Assembly: GCA_964276515.1 (NCBI GenBank)
Contig: OZ193909.1
Span: forward strand, 10,540,001 to 10,604,000
Length of the DNA stretch: 64,000 nucleotides
Origin: Gordius albopunctatus
Taxonomy: Eukaryota
Direction of reading: 5' to 3'
Positions within the stretch are counted from its first letter, which is position 1; the number at the start of each line of letters is the position of its first letter. Under the pieces are notes generated by a model. The model did no database searches. It had not been told where the DNA came from and saw only the letters and a program-made list of their open reading frames with translations. The translations under genes and the position numbers were made by a program. Of the stretch, positions 26,070-40,437 are shown piece after piece.

Positions 26070-29000
26070 TTAACGACACTCCCAAATTTTGACCGTTTGA
26101 TCAACACTACCGGTTATTACATAGGGCAATGTTTTGTGAAAATCTAAATTTTATTAGAATATTAGGCTTAAAAATTACCTATCGATGTACAGAAATGAGC
26201 ATGGGCTATAAGGCTTTTCAAACATCTCTTGTTCATAATATCCCAAACTTTGATAGTTTTATCGTCTGAAGCACTTAATATGTATTTACCACCTGGATGA
26301 AAAATTAATCCCCGGACCCAATTATCATGGCCAATCTAAAGCTTATAAAATTATAACTCTAGTATTTACCAAAGTAAATAAACACGAAAAGGTATGTATG
26401 TCCCAAACTTTAATAGTTTTATCCCTAGATCCAGATATTAAGATTGTAGCATGTAAATTGGTAACAGGACCACCGTTCGCTTCATGACCCTAATATGTAT
26501 GCAAAATAGGCATTAAAACTTTCAGATAATTTCTAATAGAGAATCTACATTGTTCAGGGCTTCTTTAAAATATTTATCGGCGTTTTCTGGTGCCCAGGCT
26601 ATGCACTCTACAACATGATCATGTTCGCGCAAGACGCCCTTACATTCTTTAGTTCCCAGTGCCCAAATACGTATGGTCTAAATAAAGTTATTTTACGAGG
26701 TTTGGTGCAGTTACTTGATCATTAGAACAACTAGCAAATAAAGTTCCATCGCTATTCACTCTAACACTTCGCACCCATTCACGGTGACCAAATAACGTTT
26801 GGATACAGTATCTAATGCAAATAAGTTGTCAAAAATATTATTAATAAAAAATAAATCCCGTAGTTTGTTAGGAAAAAGAATAATTTTTTCTATATTATTC
26901 AATTGAAAAGCCAATTAATAATTTTAAATTATTCGAAACCATATTGTATAGGATTAGATAGTTAATAAAAAATATTTTATAAAATTGGAAAGACAAAATT
27001 AAATGATTTTTAAAAAATAAATTTGGTAAAAATTTCCCGAAAAAATTGTTGTTTAAAAGATACATCCTAAATTTGTCGTGCAAATCAAAGAACATATGCA
27101 ATTTTACGAATAAAATGACTAGCGTTTATGAGAAATCTGGTCAAGCGGTAAAAAAAGAATAAAAATGTTAATCAATATTTTAATGTATTGATAAACATCT
27201 CAATCAATTTTATAGACTATTAATTTCATATATTTTATTCATACCCGGTATTGACCTCCCATATTTTAATACTTTTATCTCTTGACGCCGATATTATATA
27301 ATCTCCATTAGGTGTAAATGTTATTGACGAAACATTATGATCATGTCCTTGTAGAGTTCTAACACATTCAAATGTTTGAAAATCCCATAATTTGATACTC
27401 ATGTCTGCTGAGCATGATGCTAAAATTTATCAAAAGTTAAACATTTTCGAACATTGTTGAAGCTTAAAATATAGTATATTTAATAAAAAACCCATTTTAT
27501 AAAGGACATTTTTTAATGTTCGAATAATAAATTAACAAATAACGAATTGATTATGTCCGACCCCTTGGAGCGGCTCGAATAAAGTAAAAAATTAAGAAAG
27601 TTTAAAAAATACAAAAAATCCCAGGTCCATAATTAAAGACTGGTATTATTTTCAACGTTTTTAAATCCGCCAAATGCTTAAGTTGACGCTCGGGCCTTAG
27701 CCAATAAACCAAAATATAAACATTTATTTGGTTTCAGAAAAAATATTAGGAAAGAGGAGCTATTTGATTTAGCAAAATAAAACACATAACTGGAATAATG
27801 GCCATAATCTAAATGCTTAAATATCGAGGATATCGGCTAACAAATTGTTTGTGACGGGTAAATCTACGATCAACTGGATATTCGCTTCGCACTAGGACAA
27901 ATGATGGATAAATATGAGGAAAAGTGAAAAAAGTTACATTTTGTCTTTATCAAATCGGAGAAAGGTTATGTCACAGACTTTCGCATTCTGGTGTAGTGGT
28001 GCTTGGGAATGCAAAATAATTGTGCTATTCGGTAGAATTTTATCTATTCTATCATAAACTTTTTTAAAAATGTGGAAAATATTTTTTGGTTCGTTATTAA
28101 GGCTCTTATTTCGCTAAAATCCCGAATTTCAATATTTTTTAGAATTGGTTAGCGCAATCTGCAATTACCCAATCGCAGCGCTCATTTAATCACGTGAATA
28201 AATCGTCTGCTTATAAATTTAAATTTAAATAATATCTCTACAATTTATTTTCACATTGTGGTATGTCAAACATTGATAAAATAATAACTATTTTGGATGA
28301 AGATAAGTAAAATCAGTTTAAAAATTATAACCACAACATTTACATTAGTTATAATGGCCTAAATCAAGAAATAATGATGGTTACAAAAACTAATGAATGA
28401 AACTATGGCTAGGAAAAGAAAGTTTTCTATGGAAAAGAATGTTTACCTCGCATATGATTTTTATAGTTGTTTATAGTTTCATTTAATAAAAAATTTTATT
28501 ACAAAAAAAGGAAAAGAGAATCTTAATATCATAGGAAATTTTATGAAAAAAAAGTGTTAAGGAAATATTAAAGATTGTTGCAAAAAATAAATGATCAAGA
28601 ACAGATGGAAATTCATAAAAGCTTCTGGGAGATGCCTGATACAAAAAAAGGCTTGTATTAAGGCAAAATTAGTTTTCTGGAAAACATATACATTCCAATA
28701 TTATTTTGAATTAAATAATGTCAGAATCAGAGTTTCTAAATATACTGTATCTGTATATCATTTATATAATAATAAATAAATTGTCTAAAACTAACATAAA
28801 TTTACTTTGGTATCTTGATGCCTTTAAAAGGGGTAGTATTTATATATAAGAAAATTAACCCCTGTACAAATCAACCTGGGTTAGGTTTTAGAACTTAATA
28901 AAGGATAATAATCATGATTGTATTAGAAATTTAATTATATACATTGATCCTCATAAGTTTTATCTTTTGATAAATTTTGCCGATTACATAGCCCCAATTT

Positions 29001-32000
29001 ACCTTAAAATTGTTTATAATAGTAAGAAATTTGAGTTATTGGAGTAATAAAGTCATAATAATAAATAACTAGTTTTATAATCTCATATTTTATTTATAAT
29101 TTAAGGTTATAAGTCATGATATTATTTTTAATGTCTCCAAAATCATAAAACTTGCCGTTAAAAATGCAGCTATAGCAAAGTAGCTAAATAAAATCGCAAA
29201 AAATTTAGAACTTTGCTCTATCTGAAATTCAAAAAATCCATTTTCTTATTGAAGAAAAACATAAAACCCAAATTTTTAGCTAAAATATTACAGATGCTAA
29301 TAGTCTACACTATAAAACTTAATTTCAAGTCATATGAATAATTAGTTTAGATTTTATAGCATTTCAAACTTTGCACTCAATTATCTCAGTTCGGAGTTTT
29401 GTGTAGGTAGAGCACTCCAATTCTCAGGTAGCGATATGTAAGGCTTTTGAACTATTAAATTCTTGTGTCAGGCTGCAACTAGATTATATCACGGATCTAC
29501 TCTACACCCCTTTTTATTCAATATAATTATAGACACAATAACCAGAAACTACCAAAAACCATCGCCTTGGTGTATCCTACATGCTGATAATATAGTACTA
29601 TGCAAAGAAGGGAAAATATTTCAAGAAAACGAAAAAAGAAAACGGTTAGCTGGATATGGTCTTAAAGTTAATAATTGAAAAACGGTATACATGGAGAGAG
29701 ATGAACGTTAAAGGCACCGCATAGTACCATTAAGTAGACAGGCGGCTCTATGTTACATCAAAAGGAAGATTCCGCAAAAAAGTCAACACACGGATTTAAA
29801 AGGGATGACAATAACGAAATATATCCGGTGTAATGCATGACAAGATGGCAATGTGATTTATGAGCTAAGGTTACAGATCCATTGCAAGACCGGTGTAAAT
29901 CAATAAAAGTGAGTGACATTAGACGCTATTGAAGAAAAGTCATTGCAAGTCATGGAGAGAATGATTGGCTGCAGCCTGGGGTATACTAGGATCGATCTTA
30001 TCACGTATGAATATCACGGGGCGAAAATCGGTATTCAACATATATGGCATCTTGAACGAAAATTGGTTGAGGCGATATGAACAAATGAAAGGAGCGGGTG
30101 GACAAGGGATGGTAAATAAGAAAATAAATCCAGAAATTGCCCTTAGTCGATAAAGATGGAAGGAACTAATCAAAACAAACTCACGACTGAGGGAGCATAT
30201 AATACACAAGACTAAATGGCTAATCAGCTAAAATAAGCCGATGATCTGAATCTCTAGTCATATATTATCCCAAATGAAAAAAAATCTTTGAGGAATTTGC
30301 TAATAATAGAGGTATCAAGATAACTTGCCATACCTCAAATCTTAATGGAAATAATCAAGTAACAAGGCTAAAGAACGAAGCGGATATCTCGCCTAGCAAG
30401 CTTGAATTTGTGGCCTGAAAATTCAATGGATCAGATCTTCACACATACGGGGAAAATAGGGAAGGCCTATAACATAGTGACCTGCGATTTGATATGGTGT
30501 GTGTCTCTACTGAAGTGAAACAGGGGCGTTAAAGGCTAAGAAAAAAATTTAGCACAAGCTACAGAAAGGAGAATAAAACTGGAGCTTAAGGTATGGTCGA
30601 TCTTATGACAAATGATTACCTAAGCCAAAATTGGGTACTCAACCTATGACGAACATGATGAATGAACTGAATAAGTTGGTATGGACATAAACCAGGGAAT
30701 GTGATGATGAAAATTGATTAGTATTGGATATGGAGGTGATGTGGAAGAGAAAAAGAGGCCAAACTTGTGTTATGTGGAAGAGGGAAGTGGACAAAGTTTT
30801 GGCAAATAAGAGATCTTGACATGCCCCTTACTCAATCAAGATAGAAAAAACGGATCAAAACAACTCCCATGTCTATGAGATTAATCACATAATAAGAAAG
30901 AGTAGATGTAATGAATTTAAAAAATCAAATTCTTCTTAAGTTCATAAAGGTATAAATAATTACAATAAACTTTGTGCCTTCAAAATTTCCATTGAAAAGT
31001 TATACTACATTGTCTTATATCTTTACTTACTTTTTGCAAATAGTATCAATACTAATTATCTATAAACAAGAATGCTTGCACTAGTACTATTAAAAATATT
31101 AAATGGTTTAAATCTTTGCACTTATTAATAATAACCTCACCATACTCCTGTCAGATATAGATTTCAAGTTTAACAACCTAAAGTATTAGATGCAAAAGAA
31201 ATAAAAATTTCTAGTAACTTTTTAAAGTGTTCAAAAAAGGATTCACTACTAGAACATTAAAATTAAACATAAGAAGCAAAAATAACTCCCCAAAACAAGT
31301 GTGAGATAGGCATATAAATATGATTAATGGGACATATTTAATAAATAAATAAAGTCATTTATAATTACATTACCTAGCATCCTACCAATGTTATCAAGTG
31401 CTAAATCTTGTACAGAATCTGTATGGCCTTTAAGAGTTTTTTCAAAATCACCTGTCTCAAAATCCCATATTTTTATAGTTGCATCTTCACTTGAAGTTAC
31501 AATATAACTGTACAAAGGATGAAATAGAACCTACAAAATTAAGGTTTGAAAATGATTATTAAAATCAGTAACAATTTCAAGCTTTAACTAATAAGAATGA
31601 TTAAAAAAATATTACATTTATGATGATTATTTGAATAACATATATAAAAAATATAGATATCTATTTAAGCTTTATATTTTTTGGAATAAATAAATGATAT
31701 TGACAGATTATAATAATAATATGAATATGTATTTAATATACTTTTGTTACTGGTGCCCGATGTCCAGAAAGAATATATTTTTCTGGCGGTCGAGGTATCC
31801 ATTCTAAAGGGCAACGTTTATCACGTGTAGGTGCGCCTATTATATATTCTTTTTCAGCTTCATTTAACTTGAGCTCTAAGTCCATAACTTTTTTTTGAAG
31901 TCGAATTACTGAAGTCCATTTTTTTTCCAACAAACCATTAAACTTTTTACAAGTTTCAACTTGGCTTATCTAATAAATTTGTATTCAGGAAAATATTTTT

Positions 32001-32151
32001 TTTACTATTTGTGCTTCCTTACAAAATTCTGTTAAAGCACCCATAAACCCATTTACATTCAAATATTCAGCAATTGCTAAATGTCTAATGGAATCAAAGA
32101 CGTAAATAAAAAAACTTACAATTCTTCTCTCTGGCGTTGAGAAAGGACCAT
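26070..32151 (-). CDS. PAFAH1B1: Lissencephaly-1 homolog (LisH + WD40 dynein regulator)
   Basis: Exons 32151-32120, 32084-32006, 31969-31742, 31530-31374, 27419-27245, 26811-26715, 26677-26549, 26489-26370, 26335-26179, 26143-26070. [11 protein letters not shown]..., [58 protein letters not shown]; ends [14 protein letters not shown]. Confidence 0.97.
29440..30905 (+). mobile_element. Decayed RTE-like LINE fragments in LIS1 intron 4 (at least two 3' ends)
   Basis: [27 protein letters not shown]; 3' segments near 30050-30200 and 30560-30900 resemble 60980-61290. Confidence 0.7.
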
Positions 32152-32537
32152 ATTGAACGATATTAGCTAGCCAATTTCATATATCAATATGATTTTGGAT
32201 TTTATAATATTAGATATCGTCCTCGTTCAATTCGTCGCACACATATGGTAATAATCGCATCCATGGCCGTTTCACAAATCTTCCATATAGTTTTAAAATA
32301 AGCTTAGTAACTAAAGAGACTCTTTGATCTAGCATAAAAACAAATGCCAATAATGGTTTATAATAATGGATATAATTAAAAAGCCTAAATTTATAAGTTA
32401 ATCTTATCTCATTAAAAAACTCTAGAATAATGTGTTAACTGCATAATAAATAATAGTGTTGTAAAACGACTGGCTGGTTTTTACCATTGTTGTTAATCTT
32501 GGTATTTGGTGTATATTTTCATTCAGCCGTTATATTA

Positions 32538-33111
32538 TAGAGGCATGCATGGTTCACCCGAAACCCGACCCGATTAGTATGCATTCGGGTTGGATTTATA
32601 GAGTCGGGTCAAAGTATATGAATCTTACATTACAAAATGAACGAAAGGTATTTGTTAAATTAATGCTATTATCTATAATTTTTTAAAACAATATCGAATT
32701 TTATAACTAATTATAATCATTCATTGATATAATCAATTTCCTTTCCTATTTTTTAATTCGTTTAATTTGGAGGCAAATTTAAATTTAAAGCTGAATCACG
32801 AAAGGAAAAATATTAACAAATGATTATTTATTATTGTTTATAGTCTATAGAGTAAATTATAAATTTAACTACATAAAGATATAAATATATATTCAAAGGT
32901 AAAATATTAACAAATGATTATTTATTCTTTTTTAAAAACGCTTTCGGGTCGGGTTCGGGTTGAAACTTTAAAAACGCTTTCGGGTCGTGTCGGGTTCGTG
33001 TTGAAATTTTAAAAACGCTTTCGGGTTGGGTCGGGTTCAGGTTGAAAATTTAAAAATGCTTTTGAGTCGGGTCGGGTTCGGGTTAAAAAAAAGTGACTTT
33101 GCAGGAGTCTA
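32538..33111. mobile_element. hAT-type MITE with a ~42-bp tandem array of TCGGGTCGGGTTCGGGTT
   Basis: TAGAGGCATGCA / TGCAGGAGTCTA termini; flanks TTATATTA / TTATAATG (imperfect TSD); four tandem units at 32935-33085. Confidence 0.65.
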
Positions 33112-33519
33112 TTATAATGTTCGGAAAAATTTCTTGAGAGAACTTTGGCGTTTTGTAAAAAAGAATACCCAAAGCGTTTTGGGAAAATTTATTGGGCGAC
33201 ATTTGACGCTTTGCTGCAGAGGTCAGATTTGTTGGAAATTTTCTACCCGAACCCGGCCCGACTAAATTTTTTACCTTCATTGCTCCCCCGGGCCCGTCCG
33301 AACCCATCTAAGTGTCCGCCGGGGCCCACCCGAATTGTTAAAGCTGCCCGAATTGCCCGGCCCGAAATATTAAATTTGCCCGTTAGTCCCGAATTTATGA
33401 GGTCCCATAAAGAGGTTGGAGTTGTTTAAATTTTTCTGCCCGAACCCGGCCCGGTCTAATTTTAACTAAATTACCCGCCTGAACCCTTCTAAGTGTCGGG
33501 TCAGCCATGCCCAAATCAT

Positions 33520-34643
33520 TAGAGCTGCCCGGCCTGATTAATAAAATTTTTCCGATAGACCCAAAATTATCCAATCCCAAAATATTTAGCCACTATTACA
33601 AAATAAGCAATGGCCAAACAAAGATGACAATATTTTATTATTCATATCGTCGACAATTTCAGGGGATAATCCTGTGCGTCTTTCCTCTATTAATCTTCCT
33701 GCGATAGAAAAACTTTTTTCACTAGCAGCACTCGTCGCCGGGATGGCAAAGAGTATTTTTTAAACCTTGCTAATTTAGGATACCTAAAATAGTTATAATT
33801 TTTAATAACTTTAATGTGACTTGTTTGCTTTATTTTTCCACCGTGTTTTTTTAGTTCTTAAGAAATTAAATGAATTACAATTATGCGCATTGTTAGAAAA
33901 TGGCATGAGCCTCTGTTTTAAGTCTAGACGGCACACATGTGTAGTGTATTGCGAACAATGAAATGGCTTTGGCTAATACATAAATATAAATAATCCAATC
34001 CTTTCCATAATGGAGTAGGGCAAAGATTTAACTGAACACGATAAAAATGTAATAAAATAATTTACTACCAGAGAGTAAAATGGTTTCTTCCATAGTATTA
34101 GATTAGAGTAGCAGTTTACAGGGGCGTAACCAGCATTTAAATGAGAGGGGGGCAATAATGATTTAGGGAGGGGCACAATGATCATTTTTTGAAAATTTAG
34201 CCATAATTTTAATACATTTTAACAAATTTTTGAGTTTAGACGGGGGCAGCTGCCCCTTCCTGCCCCACCCCCCTGTCTACACCCATGGCAGTTTAAATCG
34301 TTGTTATTTTATTCTTTTATAATATAATCTGAAAATTAAAAATTTTTGATCTTGAGACAAACCAGTTAAACTAATTTATTTGAAATAAAATTTAATTTTG
34401 AAGAAATTGAAATTTGGACATTATATAAACGTACAATGAAGATTTAAGCGATGAAAAAAAATCTAGTCAAATTTTTATGGCCCAAAATTGTTTATAAGCG
34501 AATTTTTCTTTTTTCAAGGAAAATTAATTTGATAAAATTTTGGGCATGCCCGAATCGCCCGAATCTTATCAGCGTGCCCGCCCGGGTCCGCCCGAAAATT
34601 AAAATTTAAGGCAGTTGCCCGGCCCGGGCATTTCTGGTCTCTG
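33520..34643 (-). mobile_element. Decayed hAT derivative (GCCCG-motif ends, dimerisation-domain relic)
   Basis: Minus strand 33640-33775 encodes LFAIPATSAASEKSFSIAGRLIEERRTGLSPE; GCCCG clusters at 33240-33540 and 34545-34630. Boundaries uncertain. Confidence 0.65.
34119..34287. mobile_element. Small hAT-type MITE
   Basis: CAGGGGCGTA / TACACCCATG termini; perfect 8-bp TSD GCAGTTTA (34111-34118, 34288-34295). Confidence 0.85.
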
Positions 34644-34974
34644 CTTTGCTGTATTTACATTAAGGTATACATTTTCAATTGAATTAAAATAAAAATAAAT
34701 GTATTATGAAGGTACCAAATGGAAACTTTGCGCTTTGATGTGATAAACTTTGTGACGTAATTGTAAATATTATCAACGCTCCCCCCAAAAAAATCACGAA
34801 ATTTTTTTTCAATGCAAAAACCCTTAAAAATTAAAAAATAATTAGGTTTTGCCCCCACCCCCCCCTGATTGAAGTTTTTAAGATTTCGCCCCCCCCACTA
34901 ATCCAAAACCTGGCTACGCCCATGATTATGCATCACTATACTGTGTATCATAAATATATTTTATTTTAAAAATA

Positions 34975-35470
34975 TATTTTTGTGAAGATTTGCGATCACA
35001 CTATGACAATTGTCATAATCAACATTTTCTATTAAAATATATTTTTCGTGAAAATAAGCTTAATATATTATTATTAAAACAAGTTGTACTATTAGAAAAA
35101 ATATTTTTGTAAAGATTTGCGGTCACACTGATGACAATTCTCATAATCAACACTTTCTATCGAAATAATATTTGGAAATAGGCTTATTATATGACTTAGA
35201 ACAAGTTGTTTTATTAGAAAAAGTATATTTTATGAAGATTTGCGGTCACATTGACGACAATTGTCTTAATCTTCAACAATTAGTATTTTTTTAATTAGCG
35301 TGAATAATGAAATAAGCTGCACTATAAAAATTAATATTTTTATGAAGTGTTACCATCATACAGGTTAGAAGTGATGAGAATTTGTTTAAAATAATTTATC
35401 ATCAAGGGTAAAATAAGTTTTACTATTTCAGAAAAGTATTTGTTAAGCCTTGCGGTCTCAGTGGTGATTT
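34975..35470. repeat. Tandem array, ~125-bp unit, three clear copies plus decayed ones
   Basis: AAGATTTGCG(A/G)TCACA.T.A.GACAATT.TC.TAATC recurs at about 34985, 35111 and 35235. Confidence 0.8.
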
Positions 35471-35824
35471 GTATCATCTATGGGGATTTGATGTATCCAA
35501 TTTTAGAAGACGCCTATTTAATTTCAATCGACTTCGATGTATCAAATCGCCCAAAACAGATTTTTTAATATAAATGCTAGAAGATTCGTCAAAAGAAAAT
35601 TCTAGAATCTTCCATGGAATTATAAAAACGTAATTATTTCAACAAAATCATCATTCAGCCAATTCACCATTTATCATTCTTCATTCCTTTTACCAAATGA
35701 TCATTCCACTTCATCTCTAACTTCAACACTCACTCCAATACACACACTCCAACGTTACTCTGCTCCTCTGGATATTCCATTTATTGACTACATTCGCGAT
35801 TACATCTCACCTACGCCTCTGGAT

Positions 35825-37030
35825 TAGTGTTTCGATCTCGTCTCGGTCTCGAAAAGAAAATCTCGACTCGTCTCGGGAGCGAGTATGAAAATCTCGATCT
35901 CGTCTCGTCTCGGTCTAGAAAAATCTCGATCCCGTCTCGTCTCGTCTCGACTTTTAAAAAAAAATATATACTGAATAAAAATTTCTCCTGTTTTATTAAA
36001 AATATTAAATAAGTGTTAAAAAATTAAAATGGCAAATATTTATATTTTTTGATAAACTTTAAAATACAAACTTTTTAAAGATTTAGCGGGACACGACATA
36101 TCATTGTCAATATAAAGGTATGAATTCATTTAAAAAAATAACATTTTTTATGGAAAGTGCAGACTAAAAAATATAAATAAATTTGAAGTATAGAAAATTA
36201 AATTTTATTGTTCTAGCAAATTATAACGTTTATATCAAATCACCGTGTTTGTCAACTATATAGACTTCGAAAATAATAATTTCGGTTATAGTTGACTTAG
36301 TTGCACAATTTAGCAAATTGAGACCCTAAATTAACCCTGGCTAAAGCTTCAAAGTAGACTTTAACATATTTAAGGCAAACATTTAAGTCCATTAGTACCA
36401 TCATCAATTATAGCCCATAATGTTTATTGCATGTTTACTATAGCGCTATAAACCACAAAGTGCGAGTGACTTTTAATGATAATATTATTATTTACATAAT
36501 TGATAACTAGATGCACCTATAAAAAAGGGTAGTAGAAACGACAATAAAAGTATCATTATTATAGAAATAAGAATATGAGGTTTTAAACTTTAAATTGCAC
36601 GAATTTAAATTTATGACAAAAATAATTAAAATCAAATTTATATTCCAAATAATTATCTTCCAATTCTAACTAACTTTGACATTAAATAGTTATTTATCGA
36701 ATATAGTTTAAGCATAAAAACTTCTAGAAAACTCATGCTTTAGATTTAATCTATTACGGTGTCATTAAATGCTCTATTGTACTTTTGAAATCGTTAAACG
36801 GGTGTTCAAAAATCTCGAGCCACCTTAGCTTAACTAGTTTAATTATTCAAACTGATTGACTACCAATTTATAATTACCGCATTATGCAGGATGAGTAACT
36901 GCAAAATATAAATATGATTTGTTCATATTTACTATTCAATCAGATCTCATTCTAAGCCTATAATTTTGTAATATTTAATAATGCTATGGATTCAAATATG
37001 TGATAAAGATATTATAAAATTATTCACATA
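35825..37030. mobile_element. MITE family A, one end truncated
   Basis: Starts TAGTGTTTCGATCTCGTCTCG; 35825-36800 is a close inverted match to 55721-55157 plus 53790-53455; 36530-37030 matches 41510-41975 inverted. Confidence 0.85.
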
Positions 37031-37039
37031 GTTTAATAT

Positions 37040-37771
37040 CGAAAGTTATCATAAAATATTAACCTTTCTTGTTTATTAGTTTCGCACGATGATAATGCCA
37101 CCCGAGTATGAAAGAAATTTCTTAAAAACTACGGTAAAAATATTTTAAAGAAATTCATGTAAGAAAATCCTGGGTCTTCCGACATAGATGTTCTTGCATA
37201 AGTGGTCCAACTATGATTAATCCAGCTCAGGTGTGCAACACTAAGCAATTATCTATTTTTTTATTTGGGACGATGATGAAACGGAAAAATTGAAGATTTC
37301 CACGAAGTTGATGCATCTTAAATCAAATCTAAACCTGAGGATGCTCCGCTAGGTGTATTTTTATGGTCGAAACACCAACTTATGTTAGTTACCAAACTTA
37401 CCAAAATTAGCTAGTCAGTTTTTGTCAATTCCAATGGCTACGGCTACGAGTAAACTCCCATTCAGTAAGGCAAGTCGTCTTATATAACAGAGAAGAACGA
37501 AATTATTGACTGATAGAATATATACTCTTTTAGTTTTAAATGACAATATTAAATTGTAATTTTTAATTAGAACCCATTTTATATGCTATATTTAAATTAT
37601 TTTACGAACAATACAAAAATATTTTTATACAAATAAATAATTTTGAAACAGCGTAGACTTGTTTTTACTCGTGCGGGCCTGTATTGCGGGCCGGGTGCGG
37701 GCCAAAAAATTTATATTTGTGCGGGTATGGGCCGGGCCTGAACCTAAAATTTCGGCCCATGCAGACCTCTA
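37040..37771 (+). mobile_element. hAT 3' relic
   Basis: LPKLASQFLSIPMATATSKLPFSKASRLI*QRRTKL; GCGGGCC subterminal repeats; terminus TGCAGACCTCTA at 37771. Confidence 0.75.
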
Positions 37772-38124
37772 CCTTAAATAAACCATTACTAGAGTGCTAG
37801 CTGTAGGCAGTGGATTCAAATACTTATAGTATCGATTTTCTCTGTCAGGACCAAGTCACATTAAGTTAAAAAAGACGATAATATAAATTAAGAGATGTCA
37901 TAATCTCCAGGCAAGCTTTGAGGAAATTTCCAAAAATATGGAAAATAGGGGAATTTATGAAATCGATTTTTAAGGCCCAGCCCGAGCCCAGAATTTAAAA
38001 TGGAAAAAAATCAGGCCCGGCCCTGCCGGGCCCGGAATTTTCATAATTGCAGGAATTTAATCAAACTCAATTTTGGTAAAATTTTTAATATAAAAAATAA
38101 AACGTACATAATATAATGGAACTA

Positions 38125-39320
38125 TGGTTGAGGAAAAAGTTCGTAGAGTTTTTATCAAAGTCTTTTATTTAACGATAATTTATTGTTATAATAAATAACT
38201 TATTCAATGATATATTCGCCGTTGCTGTTTACGAATTTTTCGATGCCATTACGACTAAAATCGACCGGTCTGGTATCGAAGAAATTGTTGAGCCAGTTTT
38301 TAAGGCCCTCTACATTGTCCAAGGTAACGCCCCTCATATGGTTCGAGAGAGAGCGGAAAAGATGGTAATCCGTCGGTGCAAGGTCCGGAGAATATGTTGG
38401 ATGCTGAAGGACCTCCCATTCGAGCTCTTGGAGTGCGGCTTTTACGACTTGAGCAACATGGGGCCTTGCGTTGTCGTGAAGGACTATGGTCTGGCCTTGT
38501 CGATGGGGTCTTTTGAGTCGAATAGCCTCATTCACATGATGTAGCTGGGATATATAGAGCTCCTTGTTGACAGTGGCATTCCTTTCCAGAATTTCCCAAT
38601 GCAGAATGCCCTCCCAGTCCCCCCAAACGCAGATCATGGTCTTTTTTGGATGGAAGTCAGACTTGACCCTCGGCTTTGGAGTCGTTCCAGGAGCCACCCA
38701 CTCCTTTATTTGCTTCAATTTTACGTACAAACACCATTTCTCATCTCCCGTGACGATTCGGTACAAAAAGCGCTGTTTATGACCGTGGGTTGCTCGATTA
38801 CGGGCGAGATTTTGAGAAGCAATTTGAAGGCGATTTTCTTTGTGGCTTTCGTTAAGCTTGTGAGGGATCCAAGATCCCAATTTTTCGGCAAATCCCATCG
38901 AATGAAGATGATTTAGGATGGTTTTCTGATCCAACTTCATTATTTCCGCCAATTCACGACTTGTTTGGCGACCGTCCTCCTTTAAAAGTGCTCTGAGACA
39001 CTCTTCGTCGAATTCTGAGGACCTTCCGCTACGGGGCTTGTCAGCGATGTCAAAATCGCCATTTTTGAACTTTGAGAACCATTTTTGTGCTGTAGACTCA
39101 ACTATGACACCTTCTCCGTATACTTTACAGATGTCTCGGGCTTTTCAGCAGCGTTTTGACCACGATGAAAGGCGAAGAATAGCAGGTGTCGAAGATGTTG
39201 ATTTTCGTTTGGATACTCCATTTTGACGTCGAGAAAGTTATAAAAAACGAAATTTATTAAAATCACGATTGGCACAGTTTTGTAGAGGGGAAAGAATTCT
39301 ACTTAATGAATATTATATAA
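38125..39320 (-). mobile_element. mariner (DD34D) element with inactivated transposase (ATG 39221 to stop 38200)
   Basis: WIPHKL, TGDEKW, HDNARPH, YSPDLAPTDYHLF; N-terminal MEYPNENQHLRHLL...PRSGR is out of frame by 1 nt (near 39140); short C-terminal deletion; TA at 38123-38124 beside the surviving end. Confidence 0.93.
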
Positions 39321-39504
39321 TTCATCAGAAGCAAAAAATCGATAAAATAATGCAAATTTACGCGTTTAAATTTGTTCATCGGTCTTCATAAATCAGGCCC
39401 GCTGACTAAAAACATCCCTCACTCGGGGCAGATGAAGCAGGTGTCCAAAAAATTTCAAAACAAGGGAGCTAAGCGCTAGAAATTGACAATTGTGGTCTTT
39501 CCAC

Positions 39505-40437
39505 TACGCGTCTGGATTTCGAATCAAATCGAATATTTTTAGTATTCCATTCGGTTTCGATATTTTTATTTGAAAAAATATTCGATTTGAGAGTCATCGA
39601 ATATTAAAATAATGATTCAAATTCGATTTGAACGTTCGATTTTATTTTTCAAGTTTTTTAATTTCTAAACATCGCTATAAATGAATTTATTCATAAAAAT
39701 GCAAAGATTGAATATAAAAATATTAAAGGCGAAAATAATAAAATATTGATATTTTAGTAAACTTAGACGATGATTGCAGGTTGCAAATTCGATGATTTAT
39801 TATTGTCCCAAACCATTAACTTTTTTTATTCTTCAGTATCAAAATTATCTCAATTAATATAATCCTAATTAAAATTCGCCTAGATGGCACAAATTAGAGT
39901 TTATCTATTATCTAGTTTCGATACCCGTACAACGGGTTATTATCTTGTTTTATTATAAATCTAGAATGTTTGCGTTATAAATGAAATCTCGGCATTTATA
40001 TAAGGTTAATGCATATAAAAAATATTATTTATAGTTTAATTATTTATGTTAAAGTTTAATGGATAACTACAAAAAATAATAATAAACATTAAATAATAGT
40101 TGACCTAAAATGTTAGCAAATATTTTGGAAATTTTTTTTGAAGTTGAACCCCATATTCTATGTAAAGTGATATTTTTATATTTTGTGTATGCTTATAAAA
40201 TTTAAATTTAGTGATCGGAGAAAATAACTAATTTGCGGAAATATGAAAACAGCTGAATTATTTTCTTCTTGTATATTTAAAATAACTATCAAGTATAAAT
40301 AATTTTTCGAATCCCTTTTTAAAGATTCAATTCGGATTTTCGAATCTCACTAGGTAAATATTCGAATCGAAATTCAGACATAAGGATTCGAATTCGATCC
40401 GAATCTAATCTCGAATCTAATATTTCCCAGAGGTGTA
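39505..40437. mobile_element. MITE family C (TTCGA subterminal motif) nested in family B
   Basis: TACGCGTCTGG / CCAGAGGTGTA termini; TSD CTTTCCAC / CTTTCCAT. Confidence 0.82.

Noticed and set aside
33026..33707. Cluster of short ORFs upstream of LIS1
   Set aside because: They arise from GC-rich MITE subterminal repeats (CCCG/CGGG), not coding sequence.
38200..38952. SETMAR-like domesticated gene
   Set aside because: No SET domain; the N-terminus is frameshifted and the copy is nested in a MITE, so it is a dead mariner.
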